A stretch of DNA of 64,000 bases from Octopus sinensis (GCF_006345805.1 NC_043004.1:51274001-51338000), one strand, 5' to 3'; positions 40,799 through 53,533 are shown, counted from the first letter of the stretch. Translations and numbers: made by a program. The notes: generated by a model from the sequence alone, not told the origin.

Positions 40799-41938
40799 CG
40801 GTCCGGGGGATCTCACTCTAACCCAAAACCCGTTATTCATCCGAGAATCACCCACCCGAATGCGAGAGCTGGTGTCCCGACCCATCACATAAATAGGAAT
40901 AAGCATATATGGTTTGTAATTCCCTTTGGTAAGCAGATTAGAACTAACCTCCCCCTCATGTTTCGACAAGCCATCGCCAATAACTTCCCCAGAAATTCCA
41001 AATATTACTCCACGGTTAACTCGCATAAAGTTAGGATAGCTTTCTCCAACACTAAAAACCTCGCCCAGATAATCGCCTCCCATAATAATAGGCTGCTTAC
41101 TAAGACCCTATCACCTTTTTCCGGAGGCACAGCTTCTTCCGCTCCCGGTTTAACGCTCAGTAGGAATAATAATAGTAGTAATAATGATATGAGAGCCAGT
41201 ACAGTGACTCATAATCTCAGCTCCAACCAGGGATTATATACTAGGGGTATAGTTATAAATAAGGGTGATGTCATTGACGGTAACAATGGCAGTAGTGAGG
41301 TGAGGGCAGCTCGGCTCGTTAGGGTAGAGAGTCCCAATAGCAACTCCAGCATCGTTTCCGGCAATAGCAGCACCACGGGCACTAGCAATGACAGCACTCT
41401 GAGTGATAGTGTAGAATCAGGGGTTATTCCGTTAGTTAATAGTGACGTAGTGGAAATTAAAGTAGTAAGCAGCTGCAGTTCTCGCAACAAATATAGTAAC
41501 AGTAACGCAGTTCTAATTTCAGAAACTAATCCTAATAGAATAAGGTTCACGTCGGTGAACTCCAAGATCAGAAATGCCGTCTACCAATGTAAGGTTTACA
41601 CGGACTCAGATGTCTACGCTTATGTCGGGGCCTCATCGTCAAGATTGGCCTCACGAATCTCCAACCATTATGCAACTTTTCGAGACGTGAATAAATGCCA
41701 GACCATGGGACTTAGCAAGCTAATATGGCGATTGAAGAATACGAACTCAAGCTACAGGCTGGAATGGTCAATTTTGTCGGTGGCCCTCCCATTTGACAGG
41801 GGCAGAAGGAAGTGCAACCTTTGTGTCTCCGAACTCTTCCATATATTGTTCGCCAGAGACCGGATGGTAAATGGACTTTTACAGTCAGCTTTTCGATGCC
41901 CCCATTGGCGGCGTTATACTTATCTTGCTTATAAATAA
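40799..41938 (+). CDS. PLE ORF C-terminus: RT thumb region, Ser/Asn linker, GIY-YIG endonuclease (no N-terminal RT core)
   Basis: Frame is open from 40799 (first Met 40958). Motifs AVYQCKV...YVG...RISNH...LSKLIWRLK...WSIL...KCNLCVSE...CPH. Confidence 0.75.
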   Translation, partial: RSGGSHSNPKPVIHPRITHPNARAGVPTHHINRNKHIWFVIPFGKQIRTNLPLMFRQAIANNFPRNSKYYSTVNSHKVRIAFSNTKNLAQIIASHNNRLLTKTLSPFSGGTASSAPGLTLSRNNNSSNNDMRASTVTHNLSSNQGLYTRGIVINKGDVIDGNNGSSEVRAARLVRVESPNSNSSIVSGNSSTTGTSNDSTLSDSVESGVIPLVNSDVVEIKVVSSCSSRNKYSNSNAVLISETNPNRIRFTSVNSKIRNAVYQCKVYTDSDVYAYVGASSSRLASRISNHYATFRDVNKCQTMGLSKLIWRLKNTNSSYRLEWSILSVALPFDRGRRKCNLCVSELFHILFARDRMVNGLLQSAFRCPHWRRYTYLAYK

Positions 41939-42613
41939 CGCTTATAAATAATACCTGCACCCGGTTACACTACTTATATGAAAATAGCCCTTGGAAATAG
42001 ATTCTGAAAAAGCTTTTAAGAGAAATATGATTAACCATTGCAAGGGGAATTACTCCTGGGAGACGAATGGTGGTTTGTTTTGACGACGGGGGGTTTCTTT
42101 GACAAGGCATGATTAGACGAACACACGCACACATAAAAAATTATTTTTCTGCCACCCGACTAATTTTACAGCAGTGACCATTGTGTAGGGCTGTTTACCA
42201 ACTGACGGCCGCGTGATCAAACACACATACAAACACATAAAATATCTTCTACCCCCTGACGGATTTCTCAACAGTGACCAGAGTGTAGCGCTTCTTACCA
42301 ACTTGCGGCCGCACATATAGAACAGTACACACACACATGTTTCTAAGTAGATTTTGTCCCACCCCATATAATACACCTAATATTCTTTAAATAGTCAGAA
42401 CTTTAGTCTCGGTCACAAAGAACATCTAAGCACCCTGTGCTCTCACCCACCGGAATGACCGCTGCCTGACCTGTTAAAATCTTCAACGCACCCACCACCC
42501 GTTTTCAACATACATTGATAAACAGTTTGGCCATGGGCTCTTAGGAGCCTCGTTCGATTTGTTTTGCTCCGCCTCTGTTCTGTTTTTGTTTTTTCCAACG
42601 GATTTCCTATTTC

Positions 42614-42693
42614 TTCCTGAAGAGAAAGACACAATATGGTCTCCTTATTCAATCGGAATTTGGTAAATTGTGCCTTTCGAAACACGTGTAGAA
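42614..42693 (+). ncRNA. Type I hammerhead ribozyme, intact core
   Basis: TTC-CTGAAGA (42617-42623)-GAAAGACACAAT...ATTGTGCCTTTC (11/12 bp)-GAAA-CACGTG-T-A-GAA; predicted cleavage after A42690. Confidence 0.85.
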
Positions 42694-42896
42694 TGCAATA
42701 AAACGATTTCTGTTCAATCTTCGTTCAACTCCATTTCTTCAATTCACTAATAATATTATATATATATATATAAATATATATATATGTTACACACTTGTGT
42801 ATATTTTAAATACATATATAAACATATATACATACACAGATAGATGTATACAAGTATACAGGCCCAAACACACATATAGATTAGGGATATATATAC

Positions 42897-42931
<35 letters not shown>

Positions 42932-43772
42932 TGTATTTCTTGACCAGTTCATCTCCATAATAAACATTGCCCTGTGTGTATGTGTGTGAAATGATTGATG
43001 GTATTTCACCTGTCTTTAAATTCTGAGTTCAAATTCCACTGAAATCGATTTTGCCTCCCATCCTTTTGGGATCAATAAAATAAGATCCAGCTGAGCACCG
43101 GGGTTAATATAATCAACTTAACTATTCCTGGGCATGAGTACAAAAAAAACTGTATCTCTTTGCCAAGCTATGTCAAGACATTCTCTTGTAGAGAGAATAT
43201 GCTGAGGCCCTTGTCCTGCAGTTGGACTTAACACGGTCAATCCAATCCATGTGTTGTATACATTTCTGTCCAACTAGATTATATGCATGTGTATACATCC
43301 CATCATCATTTACATCTGCTTTCCATGCAGGCATGGACTGAACAGCTCAACATGTCCCAACAAGGGCTGAGTTCAATTCCTGGCAGCACATTTATTGTAC
43401 TAACTAATTATGTACTACTATTATTTTTTAGGACCTATTTTCAAATTTATAATTATTAATTGATAATTTTAAAAAATGAATATTTTTTAAAGTGCAAAAA
43501 ATATTTTGAGTTATTTTTTTATTTTTAATAGAAGCAACAAGTAATAACAAATAGAAATAATAACTTGTAATAAAGTTTTTAGTTTTAATCAAAGCTAATA
43601 TTTTCTAAATCTAAATATTTTCTTTGAAACTTTATCCTTAGTTGTAATATTTTAAGTAAAAAATTTCTTTTTTCTGTACTTTACCAGATGTAATAACTTG
43701 TCCTGTAATTTTCCAGGTTTATAATCTTATGAATATTATTTCTCTTGCTTGCATTTTCCCATGTAATATATA

Positions 43773-44088
43773 TGTTGGGTCATCCCATAAATAATGTGGG
43801 TTTTTTTTATACTTCTTTTATTTTTCAAAATTAAGATAACCAAAGTTCTTTTCAAATCTAAAATATATGCTCCTTCCTTTTCTACAATGCTCTTCCATCT
43901 ATCTAGTAGACTTGCAAGGCCCCTTTTCTAAAATTCACTTGTCCATAACGAAAAATACTCCTCCAATACTATTCTGACCTCGTCTACAGAATTCATATTT
44001 TTTCCATCCAAATGATTTTGAAGACTGCAGAATAAATAATAATCAGATAGGGCAACGTCTGGTGAATATGAAGGGTGGGGCATCGTTT
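43773..44088 (-). mobile_element. mariner transposase C-terminal fragment with 3' TIR
   Basis: PHPSYSPDVALSDYYLFCSLQNHLDGK...LASLLDRWKSIVEKEGAYI, followed by a TIR-like end and TA. Confidence 0.85.
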
Positions 44089-45239
44089 CTCATTCAAACT
44101 GCTTCATCATCCTTTAACGTCCACATTTCCATGCTGGCATGAATTGGGTGGTTTGACCAGAGCTAGCAAACTGGAGAACAGCATCAGGTTCCAGTCTGAC
44201 TTGGCCTGGTTTCTATGCGTGGATGTCCTTCCTAATGCCAACGACTTAACAGTGTAGTGCTGGGTGCTTTTAGCGTGGCACTGGCACGAGCACTTTTAAG
44301 TGGCATCGGCACAAGTGCCTTTTATGTAGTACCAGCACATATACTCTATGGGATGGATTGTAGTAGGAAGGGATCCAGCCATTAAAACATTGCCAAAATA
44401 GACACAGTCATCTACTGTAGTCTTCTATCTGGCCAGCTCCTGTCAAACCATCCAATCCCTGCCAGCATGGAAGGCAGACATGGTGATGATGATGATATAT
44501 ATATATATATCCATAGCACTTTGCCTCCTAAGTACCAGTTACGCACTGGGGTCGATGTAATCGACTTAATCCCTTTGTCTGTCCTTGTTTGTCCCCTCTG
44601 TGTTTAGCCCCTTGTGGGTAGTAAAGAAATAGATATATATATCCATATTCTATATGTTCGTTTCATCCAGGAGTTCTGAAATGATCACTGTGGCTGAGCT
44701 CCCCCACCCTGAGAGGACAGAATTGACATTTCTCATCGACAGAAGATAGCCATCCAACAAAAGATAGAGTTATGGCAGCTGAGACCAGCTCAATATGACT
44801 GTGATTAAGAAGAGACTGCAGATGGAACAACACTGATTGTGAAGGCTAATTCAGTCCTTGCTGCTCCACATAGTTAAAGTGGATTGGGTGAGCGGTGAAA
44901 CCCTTGTGACCCTGAGATACCTGCTGAAGATAAAGAAGGGTCTTCAACATTGCAATAGCTTTAGTCACCAACAGGAGAAGAGATTGTGATATCTTTAAGT
45001 AGCTCCTGCAGTTTCTGCGTGGGGTAAAGCATCTCTGATGTTTGTATCCCTGATGTATATGTGCATGTGAGTACATACATACATACATACATATGTATAT
45101 ATAATATATATATATATATATTATATATATATATAATATATATGTATATATATATTATATGAGAGAGAGAGAGGGAGAGAGAGAGAGACATATACACATA
45201 TATGTATATCGTGTGTGTGTGTGTATTTATATATATATA

Positions 45240-45286
<47 letters not shown>

Positions 45287-45409
45287 CACATATATGTATA
45301 TCGTGTGTGTGTGTGTGTATTTATATATATATACATATATATATATATGAGAGAGAGAGAGAGCATATACAGATAGGTATATCAGTGTGTGATGTGTGAT
45401 TATATATAT

Positions 45410-45500
<91 letters not shown>

Positions 45501-45953
45501 GGTAGGTAAACAAAATAAAGTAGTATAATACATATATACAGTTATCTGTATATATATGCATTTGCACACACACAAACAAACACACACACACACAATTTGC
45601 TGTTTGTGTCTACAAATGAAGAAAAGGGAGAGTGAGAGAGAGAAAGAGAGGAATAAGAGAGGAAGAGAGAGAAGTAGTCATCAGTATGTAATGTATAACT
45701 TATTTACTCTTTCATCTCTTCATTTCTAAATCATTCATTCTCCTTGTGTTGCTATTTCAAGTCTGTGAGGAGAACTTGATATCGTATTGGTGGGAGGGAG
45801 CTTAGGTGTTGGGACTTTATGAATACTCACCATATACACACATGTTGCACACACGCACATATTCATAGATACTTCCAGATACCAATGATGATGATGATGA
45901 TGATGATGTATATACATATATATATGTATATATATATGTATGTATATATAATA

Positions 45954-46000
<47 letters not shown>

Positions 46001-46318
46001 ATAGAAATAGACACACACAGTCAAACATAGGCACACACACACACGTACATGATATATGTATATGCATAATATATATTCATCATCATCATCATCGTTTAAC
46101 ATCCGCTTTCCATGCTAGCATGGGTTGGACGATTTTGACTGAGGGCTGGCAAACCAGATGGCTGCACCAGGCTCTAATCTTGATGGCAGAGTTTCTACAG
46201 CTGGATGTCTGGATGTGTGTGTAGTGTGTGTGTGTGTGTATGTGTGTGTGTTAAATAAAATGAGACAACAAAGCCAGGGCTGTGTGAAATTTCTAGGACA
46301 TTTATAAAGAGAAAGGTA

Positions 46319-46366
46319 GTCTTACAGCTGTTTCAAGGATATATGGGATATTTCTTCATCAGAGAC
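46319..46366 (-). ncRNA. Type I hammerhead fold, degenerate stem II
   Basis: GTCT-CTGATGA-AGAAATATCCCATATATCCTT-GAAA-CAGCTG-T-A-AGAC. Confidence 0.7.
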
Positions 46367-49300
46367 GATATGAGTGAGTTAAAGAGAGGGAAATAGTTGA
46401 GTTCAATATAAGAAGTTATTTTGCAAAGGGAGAGATACAGGAAGTATAAAGGGAAATAAGAGAATAAAGATAAAAATATATGTTGGTTGTTACAGTTGCA
46501 GTTCTGTTATGCAAGGAAAAGGATGTGTAGAATGGATAGAAAGGCTTCTTGTCCATGGTATGCAAATTCTGATAGTTCATATTTTGTTATTACAAATGGG
46601 TAAAGCGGTGACATTAATTCCATGTGCTGTTCATTCGAAGGGGCCACGTAGTGTGAATAAAATTTTGAGAAAGTACTGGTAGGGGTAAGAAGACAGAGAG
46701 AAGAGAATAGAATGTTAGAAGGGGGAGAATGGTATTAGTCAAAATTGGTATTGATCCTGGAAAGATGAAAAGCAAAGTTGACTTCTGTGGAAATTGAACC
46801 CAGAATGTAAAGACGGGTGAAATGCCACTAAGCATTGCTAATGATACTGCCAGTTTGCCACACTTAATAATGATAACAAATGCCCAGATGCTGTACCAGG
46901 CAGTAGCTCTCATGCTTTTTGATCTTAATTGGTGTACATTGTTTTGTCTTGATATAAAAGATGGGCTACAAAAAATATTCTGCTCAATACCATAGATTTG
47001 CTTGTCACTTGTTTAACCTTAACCAGTTGAGCATGTCCCTTGTTGATTGACAATATGTGTATCTTTGATCACAAGCAGAAATAGTAGGTAGGGGGCAACA
47101 TAGCCATGTGTTGAGGGGAATTCTTTGGGGTTTGACTTATTCACCTCTGGAAACATGGATGTTTTGTTCATCATCCCTAAACAACCTTTATTGGGGAACC
47201 ATTTCAGTGGGATAGGCTACTCAACCTGAACGTAATTCTAACTGAGCCACCCATGCAAGATTATGCACTGTTTATCTTGATATAAGATTACCATGTCACA
47301 CACATATGGTTGAGAATCATGAGCCTGATGTACCCTTATCAGATGGGTAGTCATGATAGGGATATTGGGCTTCATGGTTATTTTCTGAAAAATTAAGAAG
47401 ATTTTTAAATGTTTTAATTAGAATAATTTTAAATTAAGTTTCAGCTGTACACATAATTTTCTACAGAAATACCTAATATTGGCTTCAAATTTTGGCACAA
47501 GGCAAGTAGTTTTGAGGTAGTAGGTAAGTCAATTACATCGCCCCCAGTGCTCAACTGGTACTTATTTTATTGACCCCGAAAGAATGGAAGGTAAAGTCAA
47601 CCTTGGAAGAATTTGAACTCAGAATGTACAGCTGACTGAAATGCTATTAAACATTTTGAAACAGCAAATCATCATCATCATCATTATTATTCTTTAATGT
47701 CTGCCCTCCATGTTGGTTGGCATGGGTGGGATGGTTTGACTGGAGCTGGCCAGGCAGAAGCCTGCAGCAGACTTCTATGCCTGTATTGGCAGGATTTTTA
47801 CAGCTTGATGCCCTTCCTAACATCAACCATTCAGCTGAGTGGAGTGGATGCCTTTTAAGGGGCACCTGCACTGACAGGGTCACCAAGTACCTTGCAAGAC
47901 AAAAAAAAATCTTTTGAGAGGGGAGGGGTCATTGGAGGAGGTGATCTTGTGTCGGATGATGAACAGGTTATAGTGAGACAGAGAGACAGAAACAGGTGTC
48001 TTGCTGTAGAGGAGGTACAAGGTTACCCAGCTGGTGTGGGTGGGGAACAGAAAGAGAGAGAGATCAGGAATGAAGACAGAAACAGGTATGTTATTGCAAA
48101 GGAAATACATGGTTACCCAGCCAAAGGGAAGAACAGGAGAAGGAGAGAGCAGGATAGAGATGGTGGCAAAGTGCTGGGCAAACTCACAAGGGACAGGGAT
48201 CAGAATATAAATGGGATGGTTGAGTAAAGGAAGAGAGAGATGTCGATGGTGGCAAGTGCCAGAGCATACCCTTAAGGTTCGAACTTCGTGATATAAGTGG
48301 CAGGATATTGTGAAAGAAGTGTGATTAGAGAGAATGGAAGGAGGCTACTGGATAGCAATGATACAGAGAAACAGGGCTGTGAGGACAGGATTGGGGAGTG
48401 AGAGGCAGGCATAGTGTATGAAGGAGGAAATGTGAGGAAGAGGAATGGAGATGTAGATTGGTTTGTTGGGGGTAGGATGTGTGAAAAGTTTTCTTGTAAA
48501 TGTGGGTAGAACACATTTTGGGGGCTAGCTGATAGCAATGATACAGTGAGACAGGGCCAAGGGGAAAGGAGTGGGGAATGGGAGGTAAGCATAGTACATG
48601 AAGTGGAAATATGTGGAAGAGAAGAAATGTAGAGATGTAGTTTGGCTTGTTGGAGTAGTGTGTGTGAGAAGTTCTCTGGTTAAGTGTGGGTGGGACATAC
48701 AGTGCTTCTAGAAATCAGTTTCAGTAACATGGACAGGTCTTCCCAAGAACCTAAGCAGCTACGTACATCCAATTTTTAATCATGTAATTGTTTTAAGTCT
48801 GTAAATTGTCCACTAAATTATTTATGTATTTCAAAAGTCATTGTATACTGTACAGAAATATCTACAGCTAAGTCACTTTCTAAGGATTATATCAGGTTAA
48901 CAAGAATCATTTTAAGTTAAGATTCTATCAACAACAACAAAGTTACAGAAATCTTGAAGGTTTATTTTTCTTTTAAAGAAAGTACATTTGGTACTTAATA
49001 CATAACAATGAATGTAAAAATGTTTGAAAGAAACTTTAAAATTATTAGAACATATCATACCAAACATTGTAATCAGGGTAATGAGGGCTGTAACAACTGT
49101 ATTTTAGAGTAAATGATTATGTTCATCCATAAGGAGTCTATCTTAAAAACCATTTAGAGCTAATATCGATTTACCGCAATTCAAAACGTTTGTTCATCTA
49201 GTGTCATTTGGTGCCTATTTTCAGTACGTGGAGAGGTTCGTTTCCAATCCTTTGTTGTAATTATGTATATAATTATTAATATAATATTTAGAAAATTTAC

Positions 49301-49375
49301 CTATAAGGTTTTTATTTTTGTGATGACCACCTGATGAAATCATGAATGATTTTATCCTTTATGATATAAATAATA

Positions 49376-49422
<47 letters not shown>

Positions 49423-49603
49423 GTAATATGTGACAATTATTTGGTAGCCATAATAAAACTCCGAGTTTCGGATGTCGGGGTGGAAACTCGTAGTTTATCA
49501 TGGCTACAGAATAATTGTCACATATTACATTTACAGATAAATTCCTCTATTTACATAATATCGAGGTCTCTTTCATTCTTTTGTTGTCTTACCATTTTTA
49601 TCA

Positions 49604-49652
<49 letters not shown>

Positions 49653-49831
49653 TGTATGTATGTATGTATGTATGTGTGTGTGTGTGTGTGTGTATGTGTT
49701 AATATTTTGTGAATGAAATTAGTTTAGTAGACAGAAAGTATAAGAAGCAGGTCATGTGTATATGGGTATGTATATACATGTACATATGTATGTATATATG
49801 TATGTATATATATATATGTATGCATACACAC

Positions 49832-49896
<65 letters not shown>

Positions 49897-50740
49897 TATA
49901 TATATCCATGTAAATATATGTATGTGTATGTATCCCAAAAGGTAAATAGATACCATTGATTCCAGAAGTTAAATGATCCTTTTATCTTATCTCCGAAAGG
50001 GATGAAAGACAACATTGACCTTGGTGTGACTTGACCTCAGAATAGAAAGTACTAGAAAAATTGTTGCAAGGCAATTTGTACAACACCCCAACCAGATTGT
50101 CATTCCACCATCCTCATATGTATACGTAAGTGTGTGTGTGTGTGTGTGTGTGCGTGCGCATGTGTGTGTGTGTGTATGTGTGTGTGTATGTATGTGTGTG
50201 TGTGCGTGTGTGTGTCTGTGTCTGTGTCTCTGTGTGTGTGTGTATGTATGTGTGTGTGTGTATGTATGTGTGTGTGTATGTATGTGTGTGAGAGAGAGAG
50301 AGACATTTTTCTCGGGCACTGCATCACTACCTTCCTCTCATCTCCTCCTCAACTACTCCCACACACTTCTATATATAATAGTGGGTGGCCATGGCTATAG
50401 CAAGAGGCCTACACCTGTCCGCTATCTTGCTTTAACCTTGCAGCCTCCAGAATTAAGCCACCTTCCTCTCTCTCAAATACTCCGCATTTAATAATGGGGC
50501 CTTTTTTCCTTTCCTTCTCCCTGCTTTTTTTCTGTCTTGTAAGTTACATAGCAATCTCACTAGTGTCAGTGGCACACACATGCACAGAAAAAAAGCACCC
50601 GGTAGGGGTTGGTATTGGGAAGGCATCCAGTCATAGAAACCATTGCTAAAGCTGAAAATGGAGCATGATACAGCCTTGAGGCTTGCCCAATCTTGTCCAA
50701 CCCATGCCAACATAAAAAATAGATAATACAGGAATTATGT

Positions 50741-50990
50741 ACATTATTTACTTTATTTACATTTGACGGATATTTGTCCTCATCTTGTTTGTTGTTAACA
50801 CAACATTTCAGCTGATATACCCTCCAGCCTTCATCAGGTGTCTTGGGGAAATTTCGAACCTGGGTTCTCATACCTAAGTTACTTTTCGATGTTATTATTA
50901 TAACTATCATTCAAGTCACTGCCTGGAATCAAACTCGGAATCTTGGGGTTAGTAGCCCGCACTCTTAACCACTATGCCATATGCCAGTGG
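50741..50990 (-). mobile_element. tRNA-headed element with an HHR-containing tail
   Basis: A box TGGCATAGTGG (50979-50969), B box GTTTGATTCC (50934-50925), HHR 50842-50797, tail GTAAATAA repeats. Confidence 0.75.
50797..50842 (-). ncRNA. Minimal hammerhead ribozyme, CpG-decayed
   Basis: GACAC-CTGATGA-A-GGCTG-gagggtatat-CAGCT-GAAA-TG-T-T-GTGTT. Confidence 0.75.
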
Positions 50991-51266
50991 GCAATTATGG
51001 AGTGAATTTTAGGGCTTATAAATCTAATATTTCCTATCCTTCCTTAATACCGGTTCCCATATGCTACTCATATCTGCACTCGGTCTACTTAGGAGGTTGT
51101 TATGTCCTAGCATATATGCTGCTTCTTTTAGTTTTTGTATTTTCCAGTGGTGTTCTATTATTTCAACTTCATCCTACAGGGGAGGTCGTCTCCATTTTAC
51201 CATACATGACCAGCTATACCTGATTTATCAATATCTCCTCATGTCACAGGTTCCAAATTTCTCCAA

Positions 51267-51312
51267 AACACCTGATGAAGGCTGGAGAGTATATCAGCCA
51301 AAATGTTGTGTT
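51267..51312 (+). ncRNA. Minimal hammerhead ribozyme, inverted sister copy, G12A-inactivated
   Basis: AACAC-CTGATGA-A-GGCTG-gagagtatat-CAGCC-AAAA-TG-T-T-GTGTT. Confidence 0.72.
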
Positions 51313-52083
51313 AACAACAAACAAGATGAGGGACAAACATCCATCAAATGTAAATAATGTAAATAATGTTTAAAAAATAGATGTTGAACAATGATGATGA
51401 TGATGATGATATACTTTCTACTATAGGCACACAGCCTGACATTTTAGTGGAGAGGCCTGACATTTTGTAATCAACTATTTGGCTAGTCAATTATAATGAC
51501 CCCAGTGCTCAACTGGTATTTATTTTATCAATGCCATAAAGGATGAAACATAAAGTCAACCTTGGCAGAATTTGAACTCAGAATGTAAAGCTGGAAGAAG
51601 TGCCACTTAGTATATTTTCCAGTATGCTAATGTTTCTGCCACCTTGCCAAATTCAGTGTGTGTGTGTGTGTATATATGCTCATATATATGTTCATATGTG
51701 TGTGTATATATGTTCACCAAAGATCAGTCCTCAGCCCCCTCTTGTTCATCATAGTCCTACAGACAATAACAGAGGAATTTAAGACAGGCTGCCCCCCTGG
51801 GTGCTCCTCTATGCTCCTCTTTACTGTGGCATGTAAAAGCACACATTGCACTCTCGGAGTGGTTGGCGTTAGGAAGAGCATCCAGCTACAGAAACCATGC
51901 TGAATCAGCTGGAGTCTGTTGTAGCCTTCCAGCTTGCCAGCCCTGGTCAAATTGTCCATTCCTGCCAGCATGGACAACGGATACTAAATGATGATGGGAT
52001 TATATATATATATATATATATCTATATATATATATATATATATATAATATAGTATTATATATATATTTATGTATATATGTATA

Positions 52084-52147
<64 letters not shown>

Positions 52148-52341
52148 TATATCACCATCATCAGTGGCATGTAAAAAGCACCCACTACACTCGCGGAGTG
52201 GTTTGCGTTAGGAAGGTCATCCAGCTGTAAGAAACTCTGCCAGATCAGACAGGAGCCTGGTGCAGCCCCTGGCTTCCCAGACCCGGTTGAACCGTCCAAC
52301 CCGTGCTAGCGCGGAAAACGGACGTTAAACGATGATGATGA

Positions 52342-52388
<47 letters not shown>

Positions 52389-53533
52389 TATATATAAAGA
52401 GTAAAAGATATATATATATATAAGTATATGTATGTGTGTGTATATATACATACATACATATAATTAAAAAATTTTTATGGAAATTAATGAACTCAGGATG
52501 ATAAGCAAAAGATCGTCATTTGCTTGAAAATAATAAAAAAAACATTAAAATATTGTCTGTTTAAAAGAAGTTAAACTATAAACACTCACTGTACAAACAA
52601 CTCACATTTTTGAAATCAGATTCAGTTTAAAATATTTCTAAATTATAAAAATATTGTGTATGTCAAAAAGTCAAGGTTTTTTTTCCTTAGAGAATGCGAA
52701 GACTATGTGTGTGTATATGTCACAGATAGCAGACGTGTTTGTGTTGATTGAGCCATGACTTCATTATATGTGCATGTGTGTTGACAGTGCAGAAGCAATG
52801 CTTATTTTTTGTCAAAACATAAACAAAAATTGTGTTTAATCATTCTCCTTAATAAATAGAGTCTCAAATATCACAAAAATTTGTACTGCACTGCTGAAGG
52901 TATGTATGAAAATAAATATGCAAAAATATTTAGATAAAATATACTATCTCTGGGATATTTCAGGTACACACAAACGTCTCTAAAGTTTTAGTATTATCAA
53001 GATATATATATGTGTGTGTGTGCATATATACCCACACACACATGTACATATATATATATATATATATTTCTTTATTGCCCATAGGGGACTAAACATAGAG
53101 GGGACAAACAAGGACAGACAAAGGGATTAAGTCGATTATACCAACTCCAGTGTGTAACTGGTTCTTATTTAATCGACCCCAAAAGGATGAAAGGCAAAGT
53201 TGACCTCGGCGGAATTTGAACTCAGAACGTAATGGTAGGCAAAATACCGCTAAGCATTTTGCCTGGCGTGCTAATGATTCTGCCAGTTCACCACCCTACA
53301 CACACACATATATTTTTTGCTCTCTTACTTGTTTCAGTCAACTGACTGTGGCCATGCTGGAGCACTGCATTTAGTTGAACAAATCAACCCCAAGACTTAT
53401 TCTTTGTAAGCCTAGTACTTATTCTATTGATCTCTTTTGCTGAACCATTAAATTACGGGTACATAAACACACTAACATTGGTTATCAAGTGATTGTGGAG
53501 GGACAAACACAGGCACACAAACATATATATATA

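Larger units (their letters stand above)
40680..42755 (+). mobile_element. Penelope-like element, 5'-truncated, flanked by (TA)n
   Basis: Thumb-like IWFVIPFGKQIRTNL...IASHNN, C-terminal GIY-YIG endonuclease, ~800-nt 3' region ending in an HHR. Confidence 0.85.

Noticed and set aside
50915-50990. Functional tRNA gene (likewise the other SINE heads)
   Set aside because: Acceptor and anticodon stems pair poorly, and the sequence continues into a repeat body.
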